A stretch of DNA of 64,000 nucleotides from the human T2T-CHM13v2.0 reference genome, Homo sapiens: the NCBI RefSeq assembly GCF_009914755.1, contig NC_060942.1, one strand, 5' to 3'. Made by a program: the position numbers and the translations under genes. The notes below the pieces were generated by a model, which saw only the letters and a program-made list of their open reading frames with translations, ran no database searches and was not told the DNA's origin. Shown piece by piece: positions 12,940 to 26,959 of the stretch. The first letter of the stretch is position 1, and every line of letters starts with the position of its first letter.

Positions 12940-14944
12940 TTACATGGTCTGATGTAGCAGGAAGGAAGGGGTGCGTGAGAGTGATGAGAGGTGAGGAAAA
13001 GGGATTGAGAGCGAGACGGACACAGGCAGGTCCTGCAAGGCCGCCTGACCCTCGCTAAGGAGACATCATCTTGTTACTCAGGGATCATCTGGCAGACATG
13101 GGAACCTCAGAAAGCATTAACTGGGCTTCTCCATTGTTTCAGCTCAAAGCTAGGCCAAACTCAGAGACCACACAGGCCCTGAAGGGGCAGCCGGGACAAG
13201 TTACTCCTCAAAGTACCAAATGGTAAAATTCAGGACTGGTCATTATTAAATATCTTCAAAAAGTTGACAATAAAGGGTTGAGATGCAGGGACAATTCTGA
13301 TGGTTTGTAAAAAACAAGCTTTTTGGCCATGCTAAGTTCAAATCTTGAAGGCCAATACACCAGCTCCTGTGGAGCTGACTGACTTTTTAAGATTATGTAA
13401 GAAGCAGAAAGTCAGGATTTTTATGAAGACATAATAATTCAAAAATTAATCTCACAATGGCCACTGTAAATCTGCAAAGGGTTACCAAGATTCATCAATA
13501 TGGAGACAAAGATTTCATAACAGAATTGCACATTTACAAATCAGTATTGGAAACTTAAAAAAAAAAAAAAAAAAACTAAATGAAACAGTAAGGCCACAGG
13601 CCCCAGTCCCCTGCTTCAAGGAATGCACATTCAGACAGGTTACCTCAAGAAGCAAGCCAAGCACCATGCCCAGGGTGTTGAGAACACAGCCCAGAGAGGG
13701 GGCTTTAACCAAGTCTGTGGGGACAGAAAGGATTTTCACAGGAAAGAACACTTGTCTGATTAAAAAAAAAAAAAATCACTAACTTTCAGTCTCAAGACAA
13801 CTAGTTTTAAACTTTAGACACAAACATCACAGGCTACTTCAGAAAGATACAAGGGAAATCAGGAATAAATAAGAGCGCAGGGAGGCACTGTGACGGGGCA
13901 GGAAAAGTGGGTTCCGCGCCCAACTCTGCCATATGCTCTGTGACCTTAACAGAACGTGGCTTCCCTTTCTGTTCTAAAATTCCAAAATTCTAGGATTCCT
14001 GAGAACCAAAGACACTGTTATATTCACAGCAAGAAATCTAAAGAAATGTTGCGAAGTGAAGACAGATACTACCTGATCCTACTGACAAGGCCCAAGGGCA
14101 TAAAGGTCTGAGGGCAGGCAGCCGCCAGCCCTGTAGCAAGCACAGACCTCTCCCACCACTGTGTGGGTCAGGCTGAAGGCTTCATTAACTATTTGAGTCT
14201 ATAAAGGTTTTATTTAGTTCACTGAAGCAATACTTTACACAGATAACCTGAAAAAGTTGAAAAAAACACTTAATAGATTGGGAAAATCTGGTTTATCTGC
14301 AGTAAGCTTTTAGCTTTTAAGTTCAAAAATGTTTAGATCTTCTATGCGTGAGCAGAAAAATCAACAAATATAGTTTAGAATATATAGAGAGAGATATGGT
14401 GACTATGGAAGCATCCACCTTACCACTATATGTTCATGTTTCCAAATCCAACAGGTACCAAATGCCAGCGCATAAATTTGCCTATGCTTCTGAAACACCA
14501 AGAATCTTTGGTTGATCCCACATGTACCCAAATACATTTTAATAAGCAAAGGAAGCAGCTGATGCCCCTACTCAAGGAAGGGGACCTATGTTAGCAGAGA
14601 ACTTTAATAGAGTTCAGTGACAGTATTAATAGGAGAGGCAGGGTTCCCCTGGGGGCAAAACTACTTGCAAATTAAGTCTATTGAGGGAGTGGCAGAAGAA
14701 CCAATTCAAATTCTGTTCTAGGATCTCTGCACTGTGAACACTCTGTCAAAAGCAAGGAAGTTCCCAGACTAGGATTCCTGAACTTCAGAGGTTCAGCAAA
14801 GGAGGCCTGATTATCTAAGATTTCGTTTTGCTATTTTAAAGGAAAGTGTACATTCAGCAGTGACATGGCTGTACACACTGACAAGGCTTTTTTGCTTTAT
14901 GTTGGAAACTTATCAATTAACTTAGAAATACTGGCTACATCATT

Positions 14945-15570
14945 GCTTCATTCATTAATACATTCCTTTAACAAACATTTCCTGAACAGCTGTTTTGAGG
15001 CCTAGGGATACATCAGATAAAGATGAACAAGGTCTCTGCTGTAGTGGAGCCTACATTCTAATTGGAGGAGGAAAAGAAATAAAAAGTGTCAGAGATAGAT
15101 GCTGTTAAATAACCCACTTAAAGGAAATAGCTGGCTGCTCTAGACTGGATGGTTAGGGAAGGCTTCTCCAAGAAGGAAAAATTTAACCAGTGTTGAAATA
15201 TCAAGAAGAATCTGCCATATGCAGATACGCACAGTGGCGATAAAGCCTGTGAGGAAGATGATTGCCCAGGCTTGGGCAAGGAATGAAAAGAAGGCCAGGG
15301 TAGCTGGAATGCAGGGGGTGTGAGGAAGAGGGGTACAAGATAAGGTAGATATGAGGAGGGGTCAGATCCCATGGGTTTGCAGAGCTGGATTTTATTTTAA
15401 ATGCAGTGGAGCATTCTGAGGTGAGGAATGATAGGGTCTTATGGATGCTTTTAAAAGGTCATTCTGGCTTCTGAGTGCAGGTGCAAGTAGGAGCAGGGGA
15501 CCCAGTGACTAGGGGATGGCAACAGTCCAGGTGAGGGAAAATGCCAGAGCAAGGTAGCAGGTGAGGGAAC
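14945..15570 (-). mobile_element. L2 3' fragment
   Basis: ttcattcatt...aacaaacatttcctga start followed by purine-rich antisense L2 motifs (gtggagcctacattcta, agggaaggcttctc, aaaaggtcattctggct). Confidence 0.75.
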
Positions 15571-16437
15571 GAAGGTAAGTGGTGCCTGTCCAGCACCCAT
15601 CAGAAGCTCTCACTGCAGCTTTGGTGAGAGATGAGAAATGTACGAAGCTGGTAGGACAAAGCTCCCACAAGTGTTAGGTCTCTTAAAACACAGGGATCCC
15701 TAGTGGCAAAAATATTGTTTCCAATAGGCCCTAAGGCAGGGAGACTACCAACAAACAAGCGTCAAGTTTCAACAATTATTCTTCTAGACTGGATGCTCCA
15801 TCACCTTTAACACGGGAAATCATTCATGAACCCGATATCATCAGCAATACTTCTAAAAATCATCCAGTTCAGGTGAAAAGTAATGCCTGCCTTCATTTAT
15901 AATGGATATATTCCTGTGGTTTAAGTGACAGCTCCAGTCTTCCAAAAAAGCAAATTTAAAACAGATTAACATGAATATGTTTGGACTCTTGAGTAGAGAA
16001 TGTGCTTCTAGACTTCATCTGAGAACCCAACTAATGGATAAATGACATCTGTACTTACACATTTGTTTCGACATAATTTGGCAGAGAATTTTAGTCTCCG
16101 TAAAATTTTAACGTGACTATCACTGATGCTGCCATTATCAGAAACTTGCTATTAAAGTTTCTATGTGGTCTGTACAAGAATTCTGTTAGTGCTATTAGTC
16201 TACACGTGAATCCTGCCTTGCCCTGGGTTGGACTTAGAACCACCTCACTAAGCACAGGGCAGTGTTTCCCAGAACATACTTAAACTTTTTCACTTGACAA
16301 GCATTTTCACATATTGTTCTAAACACAGCAGAAATACTTGTTCCCAAGATACAAAACTGCTAAAAAAAATTTTTCCAGGAGTTAACACAAATATTCCAAT
16401 TGAGCTTCCTGATAGCTGTGCTTATAGCAGTTCATTA

Positions 16438-16776
<339 letters not shown>

Positions 16777-17645
16777 AAAATGGACTTCAGAACTGATGAC
16801 ATCATTTCCCTTAGCAAAGGCACCCTCACAACAGCATCCTTGAGGTTTTAAGCAAAAAAATCAAATCAAAGTGGACATTTCAGAGCATCAATGATATACA
16901 TAAGAGCAAAAGTATTCAGCCCTTATGTTAAACCGAATCCTGGAAAGAGTGAGCGAATAAACTAAATATAGCAACTATTTTCTCCATTTTCTGTTAACCG
17001 TAAATCACCCTTTGTGAAGAAGAAACTGCCATTGTGCCCTCAATGTGCCAGGCATAATTTAAATACTGCATATTTGCTTCTTAACTAAACTTTAAACAAA
17101 TCTGATCATATCCTCCCTAATGGTTCCCTAAAAGGAAAGTTGTGTCTAAAATGCACAGGATCTTCATGAGTTTGACAGAAATAATTCTCTATAAGCCATG
17201 TGTGATGGTGTGATTACTTTTTAGTTAAACAGGGATGACGCCTGAGAACATAAAGGAAGCTAGTCACTCGGAAGACACAGGTGGGGATGTTAGTTAGTCA
17301 CCTCCCTCCTGCTCTCTACATGCTCAGCTCACCCCAACAGGACAGGGGTTCAGCCAGGTTAGTGAACAACTCGCCTAAGTCACAGGATAAGGAGCACAGC
17401 ATCAAGAATTAAATCTGAGTTCTGCCTCCAATAACAGAGCTGTTTATCCCACACAAGTCATGTACATTGGTATGCGGTACTACTCTTCACCTCCTATTCC
17501 TCTTTCAGAACTGGGCAATTTATCAAAGGTATTGCTTTATGGGATCACCTACAGTTGCATGTTGCCAATATGCCACCTTATCCTTTTACTCACTGTAAGT
17601 CAAATATTAATCAATTCAAATTTTTGTAAAATTATACTTTGTTTT

Positions 17646-17959
<314 letters not shown>

Positions 17960-19442
17960 CTATATTCCCTACTACATACTTACTATGTGTGTGTATATAT
18001 ATATATATATATGGCATTACAACACTAGTGTCTTCCTTTGCTGAAAAAGTTAATCTAGTGTGAATCTTTAAGATCCTGTCATTCTGTCACAGGTTGACAT
18101 TTATTCCTGGGAAACAAAAAATAAACGCTCACTGTTGTTTCTACAGAAAACATGAATGGCACTGAGTCTGCTTTTCGAGGCTCAATAACTCATAACTTTC
18201 CACTATGGCGGCTTTAAGCTTTAAAACAGACTGAGCCTACATTTTAATCAGTTACGATTTTGAAGCTGTTATTAGTGGGAAACCTCAAATTGATAAGAAG
18301 TCAGTACCTTTCAAGATATAAATGTCCAACCCTGTTTAAAATTTCCAAGCATTCCTTTGCTAAAATCAAAAGAGGAGAGAGAAAAAGGTAGCATATTTTA
18401 TCTATATTCTTCGCCAATTCTATTCAGAGAAGAACTTATTAGCAAAAAGATATCTTTGGCACCTTAATTCAGGAGCATATTTTTCTATTCCCCAACATCT
18501 GACTCTGCATCTGTGAGAAAGGAGGTGTGAACCACAGAGAGTGAATAAATTAAAACAGAGTCAGACTCTTTGTACAGTCATCCACCACCAAATAAGAGCT
18601 CTCCAACTCCTTCTGAAATGGGTCTCTCTTTCACAGAAACACTAATTTTAAAAATAGGGAAAAGGTTATGGCAAAAAACTCCAACTTTATGCCTTAGCGA
18701 GGGGGCAATATACTGTCTGCTATCTGGGGATATTTGGCCAAGAATCCACGATTCAGGTTTCGCTTTGTAGGTGCCAGTACCACGGGGTGAAGGACAGAGA
18801 GAACAACAAAAATGGCTGTCTCAAAATGACCTGGGCACAAATAATCCGTGCTTCTAATTCCCTGTCTGTCCAGGAGAATTTTACATACAAATAAGCCCTA
18901 AACAAATAATGAATGAATGAACAGTCTGTGTTTCTGCATCTCATGAATGTAACAGTACAGTACAGTACTTATTTCTAGGAGCCCTGTAAATTCAAACGAA
19001 CAGCAGAACAAGGAGCTGCCCTGGACATTTTCTGTAACTGCACACATGTCTCAAGGCTTTTATCTCTGTGGTTACCTCCTAATGGTAAGCTTCATGCAGG
19101 TCCCCAAAACTAGTCACTGTAAGAACGTGTGGTGAGAACAAGAAAGAAAACAAAGGAGGGGGAGTAGGAACTTTTAGGGATCCAGGAAGACAAGCTGCCT
19201 GTAAATATTTGTATCTTGCCTTTTAAAGGAGTGCCAGGAGGTGAGTACTGAAGACTCACACAGCATGAATAATGTTTGATCAAATCAATAAAGAAATATG
19301 ATAAAAAGCCAATTCTATCGCTACAGAAAAGAAATAAAATACATAGAAAAATTCCAGGTATTCTATTATTGTTTCTATTTAATACTTATAAAATCCTACC
19401 AAGTAACCATTATCAGCAGACTGGGGGTCATTAAGTATTTAA

Positions 19443-19477
19443 ATGAATGAATGAATGAATGAATGAATGAATGAATG
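19443..19477. repeat. (TGAA)n tetranucleotide microsatellite
   Basis: About 8 units of tgaa; resembles an L2 tail. Confidence 0.9.
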
Positions 19478-20198
19478 TATCAGCTTCATTTAACCTAAAT
19501 GTGTCCTAAGTCACAAGTCTACAAATGATATCTTGGGAAATGGGATCTAATTCAATCTGACCCCTAAAGCCCCTTGGCTGTTTTATGGTATACTGCACTA
19601 AACAGAAACGAACACCAATTAATAGCTTTCAACTCTCCCTCATATAGAATATGCTAAACTTGATCAGTTACCCACTCCTTTCGATCTCAACATTTTCTAG
19701 GCCATTTCTGTAGCCCAAAGCCAAATTAATGGAATTTGGTTTTCCCCACAGTTCTATATCATTGACTTTGTTGCCCCACAATTAATTAACTAAGTGTTCA
19801 CAATAGAATTTATCACAATTCTTACAGAGGGAGGAAATGGAGGACTCTTCTGGCATTCTTGGAGAGTCTGACAGACTGTTGGCATTTTTTTTCATCCTTC
19901 AATACAAATGTGAGGCCAAGTGTTTAATTATTCTGTTTTTACTGTAATGCATCCACTTTTATCTCTTCACCAGCAATGGATGGAGACTATAAAGAATGTT
20001 CTTTCAAAGGTCTCCCTGGCACACAAATGAGTCGCCTGAAAGCAGTGCCTCATCAAGTTCTCTGAAGGTGCTGATGAGAGGATTCCTTACTCCAGGGCTG
20101 TTCACTGTGGGCCTGTAGCACTGAAAGGGCTCCCCATTTATGCCTCAAATACTCTGTTATGAAAGCGTTAAGAGACAGCTGGCTCAGTCGCCATCTTC

Positions 20199-20237
20199 CC
20201 TCCTGCCTCCTGCCTCCTGCCTCCTGCCTCCTGCCTC
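20199..20237. repeat. (CCTCCTG)x5.5 heptamer repeat
   Basis: Five perfect units plus cctc. Confidence 0.92.
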
Positions 20238-21539
20238 TGAGGTGGCTCAGCAGATAAAAGGACGGCCCTGTGGTTGGGGCTGCCTTCTGATATTCTGACT
20301 ACGGGAGTTGAATGTCCCACACAATGGACAAAAGTGACAGAACAGCTACAGGTGTGATGTTCCATTTTAAATTCTTTGTCTCCATTGGGCAACAAAGCCA
20401 ATAAATAGCTCTTTCAATTTTTGAATCCACATATTTCCAGTTCAAAGGAGACTAACTCAGAAATAAATTTGGAAAAAAAAAAAACCTGAAAGGCTGAAAT
20501 GCAGTTCATCTTTTAAAATTTTTTATAGGTTCTTTGTGTCTAGGTATTTTTCTAAGGTTTAATCACAGCAAACCCTGCTTCACTTTGTATATTGATAATT
20601 TTTTTAACTACTGTAGTTTTCACAATGAAATTAGTTTTAAATCCTTTAGCTCGTCTATTTAAAATGAACACAAAGTAAATCTGTCTAAGTGGAAGCTTTA
20701 TATGTGGTTAAGTAAAGAAGCCACACTGATGCCTTATTTTAAACTCTTCTGTTCAGAGGGTTCCTCAAACATGCATGGAACCAGGTCCAGAAGAGGAGAA
20801 GCTGAAAAGGAGGGGTGCCGCTCGAAGCGAAACAGAGACTGGGAAGAGTGGACAACATTGGTCCCAACACATTTTCCCAGGGAGCTCTGTCTGTCCTGGA
20901 AAGTGTCACAAGTTTGGGGCTAGATGAGAGCTTCCTGGGCCCCCACTTGAGTTTCTGACCTAAAATAGGAAAAAATGAGGATACAGAGGAAGACAGATCA
21001 AACTATTCCCTGAGAAAGGGAGGTAGTTCTTTTGGAGGGAAGAGGTGAGCCACCATCAGACGCCAGACAGCTGGAGAGGGTAACACTAGCTACTAACCCT
21101 GGCGAGGCTGCAGATCAAGCCCACGGTTTTCCACATCCAGACCCACCATGAAAAGAGAGACTTAAGTGATAAGTCAAAATGTCAAAGAGTGATCACCTCT
21201 GGATGGTTGACTCACTTTTTTAGATTTTCTACAAAAGTACTATTTTTATGATTAGGAGAAATCAAACCAAGAAAGTATTTCTTCTTAGAGATGAATAGTA
21301 GTCAAATTATATTTATCACTTTTTTTAAAATACTCTTTTGGCTAGGTGGCCATTCTACTGTCTTAACTTAGTTTTTTATAGAAAAAGTTAATTATAATAT
21401 AATTTAATACATCTGAAATACACCTAACTATTCATCCTACATTAACGTAACTGGATGCCACTATTTAGCAAATGGAGCAAATCAGTGAAGAATTAAGGTC
21501 TGCAGAGGATGAAACTCAGACCACTTGGAGCAGGAGCAT

Positions 21540-21785
21540 CCGGAGTGCCCGAAAAAAACATGTTAAGTGCAGGTGTACAGAATCTCCACAGCACACATGC
21601 CTGGGTTCCACGTCCACCAATTCAAACAGTGTCTCTGATGGAAGGCTCCAGGCACAGGTCATTTTTAAAAGCTACTGTAGGATTCTAAAATGCAGCCTGG
21701 AATGAGAGTGGTGAGATCGCATTATCTGCACTTTTAATAAGCACACAGGTGATTCTTCCACAAACTAAAGTTTGCCAACCACTGG
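21540..21785. mobile_element. MER5-like hAT-Charlie remnants
   Basis: Motifs catttttaaaagct...gattctaaaatgcagcc and tgcacttttaataagcac..caggtgattct...aaagtttg..aaccactg. Confidence 0.55.
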
Positions 21786-23339
21786 CCCCTCTCCACCTCA
21801 AAGCTACTGAATAGCTGCATTTGAAGACAGAAATGACAAGTAGAAAACAAAAGACCATTCCCTAGTCAAGGCTATCAATTCGTGCATATTTTGATTACTA
21901 TGACAAAGTTGGTACAGCAATTTTAATGCTTTCTGTGTTTCATAGATGGATATGCCATTTTGTTTTTCTGGTTTATTTGGAAGGTATATGCTGACTACAC
22001 TCTTGAATTTTAAGATCTTAAGGTTAATAAGATGCACTACTCATTTCAAGCTATATTTCACAATGGAGATATTTTTCCATCTCAGTCATGCTCAATCTCT
22101 CTTGAGAAGAATATTAGGTAATCATATGTGGTAAGGATATTCTCCACCTATATTAGTAATGATTATTGCTGAAAACATCTTATTTCCTCTTCTTTCCAAA
22201 GAAGTGCCTCCCTTTAATTGGAATAGGCTTGCCATTGAGGAGAATAGGAGAGAAAAAGAGAGAAGCCTGCACAGGAAAGGGGGAACAATAGAACTTTGCT
22301 AATGATAATTCCCAGCTACCTTCAGTTTCAGCCTTAGTGACAACTCCAATCTGGACACCTATCCAGACCTTACCCAGGACTTTCAGTTCAACTCCACAAA
22401 ACCTTGCTGAACACTCACCCTGAGTTGGGGTCTTGGTCATCTAACAGATTTTTTTTTTAATTTTTTCCCCAGGTAATTTCTAGAACCTGAGAAATTTTAT
22501 TTTAGATCAAATCTCTTATATACTCAATCCTGAATGTCAAGAAAATCTGTCCAATTATCTTCTCATAATATCTTCACTGTATTCTTTTCTTTTCACCCAG
22601 ACAGCCCTGTTGAGCTTTTCAGAGTCACACAGGAGTGGGACCGGCAGTGAGTCCAAAGGGATTTCAAGGGCCATTCACCAAATTCAGTCTATGATATACT
22701 TTAGCACAACTAGGGACTAGGAACCCAGCATTTTTACAGCTTGAGAAACACTGGTTGGAAAAAGAGTATAAAAGAGTAACCAAATAGGGCCACAGATGAG
22801 CATCTGCTCTATTGTTTTCTACTGGCATTCCTCTCCAGCTGGGTCCTGGCAGCTGTGGAATCGACAAGCTATTTCTTTCTAAGAAATGAAGTATTTTCAG
22901 TTGTCCCCCATCACTGACTTCTCCTTCATACAACAGTAAAGGCAACCACAGGTGTCCTCCGCTACTCCTGATTCCCAAGCCTCATCTTCATCCTCACCAC
23001 ACGAGCTTCAACAGTCATGAATGACCCAATGACCTGCAGTGCTCCAGGTGCTGAGTGAGCTTCTAAGTCTCCAGTGCCCTTGAACGTGCTGTGCTGCTTC
23101 TGTGTTTAGAAGCCCCCAGTCCACCCATTTCCCCAAGCACTCCTTAACCCTATACTTCAAAGCTCGCTCCAACACCACCTTCACTCAGCAGTCTTGCCCA
23201 AGTTCCCTCTGCCCCATGAAACGGTCTCCTCCATCCAGTGCAGGCATATGTATCCCTATGACCATGCATCTGTCATTCTGCCACCAGACCTAAGAGTCTT
23301 AAGGACAAGTGCGGGATTTTCTTTTCTGTTGACTAAAAG

Positions 23340-24918
23340 TCTACATCAAACCTATGATGTCCAAAAGTGAACACTTGAAGTTTCTCCCCAAACCAGGGCA
23401 TCCCTGAGTCTTCCAGAACAGTCAATCAATCCATCCTCCCAGAGTCTGACGCCAAAGAAAATACAAACCAACAAAAACATCAAGAAGTAACTTTTCCTCA
23501 TGCACCACATGGTCCTTCAGCAAATCCTGTGGCTCTACCTTCAGAATATCTCCAGAATGTGATCATCTCATCACCTCCACGCTTTCGCCTCTGTCCCCCT
23601 TCACCAGACCTCCACCTAAACCCCTGCCTCCCCACACCTACATCTCCTCCTCTGCCCTCCACACCTTCATCTCCACCCCTACCCTCCACACTTTCACCTC
23701 CACCCCTACCCTCCACACCTTCAGCTCTTACCCTCCCCACCATACCTTCACCTCCACCCCTACTCTCCACACCTTCACCTCCACCTCTATGGTCCACACC
23801 TTCACCTCCACCCCTACCATCCACACCTTCACCTCCACCCCTACTCTCCACTCCTTCACCTCCACCCCTTCCCTCCACACCTTCACCTCCACCCCTACCA
23901 TCCACACCTTCACCTCCACCCCTTCCCTCCACACCTTCACCTCCACCCCTTCCCTCCACACCTTCACCTCCACCCCTTCCCTCTACACCTTCACCTCCAC
24001 CCCTTCCCTCCACACCTTCACCTCCACCCCTACCTTCCACACCTTCACCTCCACCCCTACCCTCCACACCTTCACCTCCATCCCCACCCTCCACACCTTC
24101 ACCTCTTACCCTCCCTACCATACCTTCATCTCCACCCCTTCTCTGCATACCTTCACTTCCAACACTACTAGCCGTAACTTCACCTCCACCCCTCCCTGCC
24201 ACACCCTCACCTCTGCCCCAGCCTACCCCGCCACATTACTTCCACCACTAGCCATCACGCCTTCTCCTCGCCTACCACCTCACCATCCAGTAACTGCTTG
24301 CCCAGTTACTCCAGTGTACCTCCCAACTGGTCTCCCTACCTCTGCACTCTCTGTACTGTGTTTTTCACACAACAGCCAGGTTGATCCTTTTACAATATAA
24401 ATAAAAACATGTCACGTCTTGGCTCAAAATCCTCCAATGACTCTGCATTTCCCTTAGAGTAAGCTCCACTGTCTGGATACGCTGGCCTGAAAGAGCGCTA
24501 CTCCAACGCCCTCATCATCTACTTCTGTTCCCTTCTCAGCGTCCTCCCCACCACTCCTCCCACCCGAGGCCTCTACATTTGCTATTCTTGCCTGGAACAT
24601 ATGTCTTCCTTGGCTTATTCACCCACTGTGTTCAAGTCTTTGCTCAGATTCTCCTTCTCAGCGAGGCCTTCCCTGTCTACCCCTCCTGGCTCTGTCCCCG
24701 TTTCCTGCCCCCTTTTCTCCCTAATACCCATCACTAGTCCAATACGCTACCTACTTCAGCTGCTTACTTTGGTTTTTACTGTCTCCTCCCATCAGAGGCT
24801 CTAAGCCCCAGGAAGTGGGGGATTTTTAGTTATCATATCCCCTCTGTTGTATCCCAGGCATCTAGAATAGTGCATGGCATGTAGTGGGTGCTCAAAGAGT
24901 ATCTGCTGAATGTATGAA
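23340..24918 (+). mobile_element. L2 (L2a-like) 3' region interrupted by a VNTR
   Basis: caaatcctgtggctctaccttcagaatatctccagaat before the VNTR; aactggtctccct...ggctcaaaatcctccaatg after it; L2 terminus gtgctcaaagagtatctgctgaatg. Confidence 0.8.
23655..24200. repeat. 27-bp minisatellite/VNTR, unit about CACACCTTCACCTCCACCCCTTCCCTC, ~20 copies
   Basis: The 9-aa periodicity (STPSPPPLP / GEGVEGRGG) in four overlapping ORFs reflects a 27-nt unit. Homogeneous core with degenerate edges. Confidence 0.95.
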
Positions 24919-26652
24919 CTCAGCTTTGGGATTCCAGGCCCTTAAATCCTAAGTGTCAGGCACTTAGCAGGTCCTCATTAGATTATGTTTGCTGAATGAG
25001 GGCACCCAACTGCTATATCCTTAAAAAGATAGTTTTAAGTTGTGCTTTGTATTATAGGTAATTTCTGGGCAAAATGACACTATGATAAACAAACTTACTG
25101 AAATTATTAGAATCATTTTTTATAAGGACAGTCCAACCTAGTGAAAAGTGCATAGTCACTGATGTCAGACAGACATGGGCTAGAATTCTAGCCCTACTAC
25201 CTATTAAGTGTGCGTGTAAAATGAAACAGGCAAACATGTCTTTATTATTCAGAAAAGCACTTTGGAGAATGACCCATCCATCCTAAATCCTGACCCTAAT
25301 GTTCCTTATTTTATCTTCCTTATGAATGAGGGTCTGCTATAGGCAGACTTCTGCTTGTCTTAAAACTAAAGAGAACACATTAAAACACACACACAAACAC
25401 AAACACACACACATACAGAGCAATCAATCGATATTTAAAACACGGATGTTATATCCAGGAAGCATAATATAAACTACCTAGTTTATAATTAGCAGTAAGC
25501 AACTTGATATGAGCCTTGTCTTTTTCAAAAAGGATTAACAATAAAAGCCAAAAACACATTAAGATATTCAGACATTAATAAATGCCATTTATTAATCACT
25601 GTTGCCAATTGGTATCAGTCACCAATCTCCTACAAAGTGATGACATCTAACAGATTATGTTCAGAGTTAGCTGTGTCCCCTACCAACTGTGTGAATTTGA
25701 GTAAGCTACGTAAACTCTCTAAAAATCAATTTGTTTCAGTTGAAAAATGTAGATAAAATACCTAACCTTATCATTGTTGACTACATAGCATTAATATAGC
25801 ACAACACACATTGGAGACATTCAATAAATGGGCCATCTTTTTTAAACCAGTAGAGCTATTCCTTTTGATACTATCTCCTGGCTAGAATTTATTCCAGTAT
25901 TAAAAAAAGAAAATGAACAGCTTGTTAAAATCAAATGATGATTTGGACCAAGTTCCTTAAAACTTATGAAATATTACCTCCTCCTTTAGAGCTTTCTAGG
26001 CCTTAAGATCACGAGTGCTAATAAAATCATAATGAATAAACCAAATTAAGGAACAGGTTGAACTCTCTCCTTGCCACTCTGTCAGAAAAATAACAGTAGC
26101 ATCTATCACTTTTGTGCACTTGTCATTTCCAGTAACGTGCTTACATGAACTCCACTGAAAATCTGAGCTTGGGAGATAATTACTTACCCCAGGACTTTCT
26201 CAGGAGGGAGATAAGGGACAAGGAGTTCAGACAAAGGTTATGGGGGACAGTGATGCCCTTGGTTAGCCAGAAAGACAATGAAAATAAATTTTCTGGGCAT
26301 CAAGGAACTACAAGTATAAAATAATAATTACCAGAGCAACTTCTTATCTGATACTATAAATACTTTGTCTTCTTCATTTAGCTTCTAAACGGCATGATAA
26401 AACAATAACAAAAAATCTTCTTTACTTTCCAAGCTGTGTTTTCCCCTGGTGATGGGGACAAAAGGGAATGATTTACTATTAGTATAATTTTTATATTAAC
26501 ACTGTACAACCCAAAAGAAGACATATTTTCCACTGAACTATCTCTGTCTAATGCCAAAACTTTTGCAAAGTATTCCTGTCCTATTTTCCAAACACATTTA
26601 CTCATTCCTTATCACCATGTATCTGCTTCTTATGTATAAGAATCTAGTAAGA

Positions 26653-26959
<307 letters not shown>

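Noticed and set aside
23498-24400. 203-240 aa Pro/Ser/Thr-rich and Gly/Glu-rich ORFs (extensin- or mucin-like)
   Set aside because: Consequence of a stop-free 27-bp VNTR; no splice or promoter evidence.
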